This document shows positions 49,501 through 52,545 of a stretch of DNA of 52,545 nt, in pieces. The notes below the pieces were generated by a model, which was not told the origin of the DNA, ran no database searches, and was given only the letters and a program-made list of their open reading frames with translations. A program made the position numbers and the translations under genes. Each line of letters opens with the position of its first letter. Position 1 is the stretch's first letter. The DNA lies in NCBI GenBank assembly GCA_029856155.1, contig JAHQWL010000026.1:1-52545 (forward strand), given 5' to 3'. Source of the DNA: Promethearchaeia archaeon (GTDB lineage: Archaea > Asgardarchaeota > Lokiarchaeia > Sigyniarchaeales > SOKP01).

Positions 49501-50320
49501 TATGCTCATATAGAGGTACTTCATTATCTTTGAGAGAATAAAAATTCTTTATTTTTGGATAAATTTCTTTTTTGAATAGGTTAATTAACTGTTTATACGT
49601 TTTATTGTCATAAAGACGGGCATATTTAGGGTTAAATCCAGATTCCCTTAATATATATGTCCAATTTTTACCGAGATTTCTTATAGCAGCGATAAATCCA
49701 GAATATCCATTGTTATTGAGAATTTCTTTTGTAGGTCGAACTCCTGCTTTAATTATTTTTTTTCTTATCAAATCAGGATATATTTGATTATTAAATATAG
49801 CAACTAAATCTTGAATTGATTTTCCTTTATATTTAAATTCCCGAAGGGGTTTAAATCCTGCTGCGATTAATAAATTTTCATAATTGTAATTCAATTTTTT
49901 TATATTATAGGTAAAACCTCTATAACCGTTTTTATCGAGTTCTTCTTTAGTTGGAGGGATATTATCTTCAAGTGAAAGTTTTTCTCTTAAATCTGGATAA
50001 ATATCATTTAAAAATAGTTCTAGTAAATCTTCAAAACTCATTCCAACATATTTAATTTCAAAATTAGTTTTTAATCCCAGTTCATTTAGATAATCATTGT
50101 GTGTTTTCCCTGTCTTTTTAATTGCATTCAAAAACCCCCGATATCCAAGATTGTTGATTTGTTCAATCTTTGGGGTACTATCGAAATGAGGACAAATAAC
50201 TTCTCTATAGAAGACCAAAGCTTTTTCTTTATCAACCCATTCCCATCTAGTTTTTAATTTTTGTGGATTTATCCCATATCTTTTTAAGAATTCAATTTCT
50301 TCAATAGTTTGGTTTGTCAA
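46532..50320 (-). CDS. Large protein: six helical repeats, probable PD-(D/E)xK-like nuclease domain, and a repetitive acidic tail
   Basis: Repeat consensus Y.....DL..LF..EIYP......PT...L...GY.GF...I......Y..LL..aGF.P; then GNNLH..E..KVDN..NIDYT; D/E/P/Q/T-rich tail. Confidence 0.65.
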   Translation of the reverse strand: MTNQTIEEIEFLKRYGINPQKLKTRWEWVDKEKALVFYREVICPHFDSTPKIEQINNLGYRGFLNAIKKTGKTHNDYLNELGLKTNFEIKYVGMSFEDLLELFLNDIYPDLREKLSLEDNIPPTKEELDKNGYRGFTYNIKKLNYNYENLLIAAGFKPLREFKYKGKSIQDLVAIFNNQIYPDLIRKKIIKAGVRPTKEILNNNGYSGFIAAIRNLGKNWTYILRESGFNPKYARLYDNKTYKQLINLFKKEIYPKIKNFYSLKDNEVPLYEHIEKNFRGFLQALTRVKKKYSDLLSDAGFQQKYGKYSGIENFEELVEIFKVEVYPDILEKFKALNLTLQEKEVPTAKMLRDLGYNSFLNKVYDICSYNDLIKASGFLPNYEYKYKDMTYKDLVDLFIDEIYPETKISFALKENEAPNLDELTKIVKGGFIEALRRNHKTYTEFISDTGLEPRQKVERIVGNNLHSILELLFIKFCMQHKCCSYYEISPNLNSPKKVDNSIFRNSTFREFIESRQNIIKIPEIIKVVNIDYTIGSRRRTINSKLNKGYQGKEKFLIIVHLGASKKKIKIPNSIPYRNHVAVLKVKEFARFMGYSGKELAEFSRIVKLAQDACFLPQAYEELKNLAKKAKKELKNLKNQQKEFEEYINSHGLVSLLSEDISDISLDQWITRKERAEEHKPTKEHQISAKFQPKYNQSKVTINAIEKFKEYSPKSNSENSDEANEFDNEYLWIAEKVREDNKARVKYLLDKAKENAHNKSNSLREENGKTHFNREDIDKYHKTNEVSGFYNESITEIREKGLEHGISDLNSSIIDHSILNPITQLVDQPTSQLITQSVDQPVDQPITQTVDEPAEQPITQTVDEPVDQPITQTVDEPAEQPITQTVDEPVDQPITQTVDEPVDQPITQSVDEPAEQPITQSIDEPAKQPITQSVDEPTEQPITQSVDEPTEQPITQSVDPPAEQPITQTVDEPAEQPTTQTIDEPAEQPTTQSIEQPIEQPIAQQTSSGLITYLEPEPPDNNSNPISQDTPNNIDNPNEEILENIPEELDDGDLKLITDPEELANYEPDDSKDGDTQTEDTTENTPKEIDDGDLELITDPEELANYKPDDSKDGDTQTEDTTENTPREIHDGDLELITDPEELANNESLNENPNEQILEKNTEQAFIDSNLIPIDDSDIKDINEGVKDFDDGGIYEKYYEENSFFDDFNQEFNEDINNFSEIEDSLEGTNNISEYETDNYDEPLPEPEEVNPEETTGDNYESG
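46889..47183. repeat. 120-bp tandem repeat, about 2.5 copies (40-aa unit)
   Basis: ATTAGCTAATTCTTC(T/G)GGATC recurs at 46889, 47009 and 47129. Confidence 0.92.
47324..47863. repeat. 36-bp coding minisatellite, about 15 copies (PITQ(T/S)VDEP(A/V/T)(E/D)Q)
   Basis: Unit resembles GGCTCGTCTACTGTTTGTGTTATTGGTTGTTCAGCT; head-to-tail with no spacers. Confidence 0.92.
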
Positions 50321-50326
50321 TTTTAT

Positions 50327-50372
50327 TTTTGGCTTTTAATATATTTTAAAATTCTTAGTTAAAAAGCCAAAA
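50327..50372. promoter_or_regulatory. Inverted repeat just upstream of the 50320 start codon
   Basis: TTTTGGCTTTTAA ... TTAAAAAGCCAAAA. Confidence 0.45.
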
Positions 50373-50458
50373 TATTTTCAATTAAAATTAGATGAGTATA
50401 TATTAACATCTTTTAATTAGTATTTGAGAGAATATTGTTTTTAGCATATTAATTAAGG

Positions 50459-52543
50459 CTAAATTAGTAATTTCTTCAAAAGAAATAGAGCACCATTCTT
50501 ATCTAATGGAGAGTTTAAGTTCCCACAACGACTTGACATGCAACAACATGGACAACCATCAGGATTTTTACAGCTACAAGAATCTATCAATTTATAAGTC
50601 ATTTCTAGTAATTTATATAAATTTAAATATAAGACTTCAGATATCCCTATTCCACCTCTATAGGCATCATAAATATAAATGATTGGTTGCTGTTTAATAG
50701 GGTCAAAATCAATTGATACTCCCCCTAAATCCCACCTAGAAATTTGAGCTAAAGCAGGTGCCATGGCAATCATTGCATGTTCTATTGCGTGAATGGTTCC
50801 GCCAAGGTCATGACCACTTATTTCCAATTCTTTTTGATATTCAAAAGGAATAAGGAACCATAGAGCCTGACTTTCAAACTCTATTATAGGGATATCTTCT
50901 AGTGGATGTCTTGAGCGAATCTCTTGATTTACGGTATCAATAACTTTATAAGAGTAATATTCATGCTCTACTTTCACGTTTCCAAAAAAGGCTTCAATAT
51001 TGTTGTTTGGACCTACTTTCTTTTCTGAGATCACTTTAAGAGTAGTGATATCAGTATGTTTTAAGGATTGAGTATAAAAATCTACATCTGTTCTTTTCAG
51101 GAAGACTAATCTCTCATTTATATCTAGTTCTTCTACTAAATAAGTTTCTGCTTCATAAAGATACACAGCACCTTGGTGTAAATCACGGAAAACAAAACTC
51201 TCATCTTCAACAGTCAAAAGTTCTTCGCTTGAATCAGTTCTTAGCAGAACCTTATAACTTCGACTCGATAGATCATTTAATCCATATTTTTCATTAGGAA
51301 AAAAATCGCTATTCCAATAATAGCGATTTCCTCTTTTCATTAGCAAAGATTTAGAAACTAATTCTTCTAAACATTCTAAAAATAGATTTTTATCTTGAAC
51401 CCCAAATTTCTCATAATCATCAACTCTTATTGGACTCTCCTTGCTTGCACAGCAGATATGATTTCTAAGTATGTATTTATTATTTAGAGTTATGAGAACT
51501 TCCTCTTGGATTGGTCCGAATAATTTGTCTGGATTATGGATATAGAAAAAGTCTAAGGGATTTTGCATTGGTATAAGAGTCGATAAGGATAGATCGGTAC
51601 CTCTTCCGGAACGACCAATTTGCTGTCTGAAACTTGAGATTGTTGAGGGGAAGCCAGAACTAATTGTCGCATCAAGAGAACCTATATCAATTCCTAATTC
51701 AAGCGCATTAGTAGAGCTAATTCCTAAGATTTTCTTCTGTTTAAAATTTAACTCAATTTCTCTTCTTTTATTTTTACTAATACCAGCTCGATAACTGAAA
51801 ATTTTATCTTTTAATGTAGGTAGAGTATTTCTTGTCCATATAGCTTGTAATTCAGCCATTTTTCTTGAGAGTGTGAAGGTTAATGTCTGTATTCCATTTC
51901 TCAAATGACTAGCAAATAGATTTTTAGTTTCTTGATGAGCTGAACGATATTTATTGGAAATTTCATCATATGGTAAATCCCATAATATTACTTTTTTCGC
52001 ACCTGAAGGAGAATCATCTCTATCTACAACAACAAACTCTTCGCCTACTAATTTTTCACAAAATTCTTTAGGATTATATATTGTAGCGCTAGATAAAATC
52101 CATTGGGGTTTTATATTGTAGAATTCAAGCAATCTTTTTAATCTTCTAAGTAATAAGGCAAAATTGGATCCAAAAATCCCTCTATAAATGTGGATTTCAT
52201 CTAATACGATGTATTTTAAATTCTGGCAAATTCTTCTCCACTTCTGTTTGAACCAAGGTAAATAAAAATGTAATCCATAGGGATTGGTTATAATAATATT
52301 AGCATTGTTTAAAACGAATCTCTTTTCATTAGGTTCAATATCTCCATCATATACACCAATCCTATTTTGCTTTATATTAGTTTCTTCTAACAGTTTTGAT
52401 AATACAGTAAATTGATCTCTAGCTAAGGCTTTAGTTGGGAAGACATAGAGCGCAGTTGTAGATGGTTCTTCTAAAATTGAGTTTAAAACAGGGAGATTAT
52501 AACAAAGAGATTTTCCTGAAGCTGTTGATGTAACTATTACAGT
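50459..52543 (-). CDS. DEAH-box helicase with DUF1998 (Hrq1/MrfA/SftH-like), N-terminus outside the window
   Basis: Frame open to the window edge: TASGKS, PTKALARDQ, DEIH, SAT, ALELGIDIG, QQIGRSGR, HAIEH, CSC..GCPCC..C. Confidence 0.92.
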   Translation of the reverse strand, partial: TVIVTSTASGKSLCYNLPVLNSILEEPSTTALYVFPTKALARDQFTVLSKLLEETNIKQNRIGVYDGDIEPNEKRFVLNNANIIITNPYGLHFYLPWFKQKWRRICQNLKYIVLDEIHIYRGIFGSNFALLLRRLKRLLEFYNIKPQWILSSATIYNPKEFCEKLVGEEFVVVDRDDSPSGAKKVILWDLPYDEISNKYRSAHQETKNLFASHLRNGIQTLTFTLSRKMAELQAIWTRNTLPTLKDKIFSYRAGISKNKRREIELNFKQKKILGISSTNALELGIDIGSLDATISSGFPSTISSFRQQIGRSGRGTDLSLSTLIPMQNPLDFFYIHNPDKLFGPIQEEVLITLNNKYILRNHICCASKESPIRVDDYEKFGVQDKNLFLECLEELVSKSLLMKRGNRYYWNSDFFPNEKYGLNDLSSRSYKVLLRTDSSEELLTVEDESFVFRDLHQGAVYLYEAETYLVEELDINERLVFLKRTDVDFYTQSLKHTDITTLKVISEKKVGPNNNIEAFFGNVKVEHEYYSYKVIDTVNQEIRSRHPLEDIPIIEFESQALWFLIPFEYQKELEISGHDLGGTIHAIEHAMIAMAPALAQISRWDLGGVSIDFDPIKQQPIIYIYDAYRGGIGISEVLYLNLYKLLEMTYKLIDSCSCKNPDGCPCCCMSSRCGNLNSPLDKNGALFLLKKLLI

Positions 52544-52545
52544 AT

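Overview
Very AT-rich archaeal chromosomal window, most likely Asgard (Lokiarchaeia-like). The assignment is an inference from eukaryote-signature genes seen here: several Rab-like small GTPases, a longin+roadblock protein and an eL22-like ribosomal protein. These sit beside typical archaeal genes: aIF2-gamma, aIF1A, Spt5, TFS, form III RuBisCO with R15P isomerase, AOR and a stand-alone 5S rRNA. Most genes are housekeeping or metabolic. Four things stand out. (1) The TFS gene is interrupted just after its catalytic DE motif by a 30-nt hairpin insert with two in-frame TAA stops; the insert folds into a bulge-helix-bulge, so it is a candidate endonuclease-spliced mRNA intron. (2) A Rab-like GTPase is circularly permuted in the order G3-G4-G5-G1-G2. 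(3) Two large orphan homing-endonuclease-like proteins are present: a Zn-ribbon/GIY-YIG protein with a 78-bp exact duplication, and a protein with six helical repeats, a probable PD-(D/E)xK domain and an acidic repeat tail. (4) Smaller oddities include an HhH-fused aIF2-gamma, a 5S rRNA insertion, likely ATC/ATT start codons and a nonsense codon in uvrC. All calls come from reading motifs by eye; no database searches were run.
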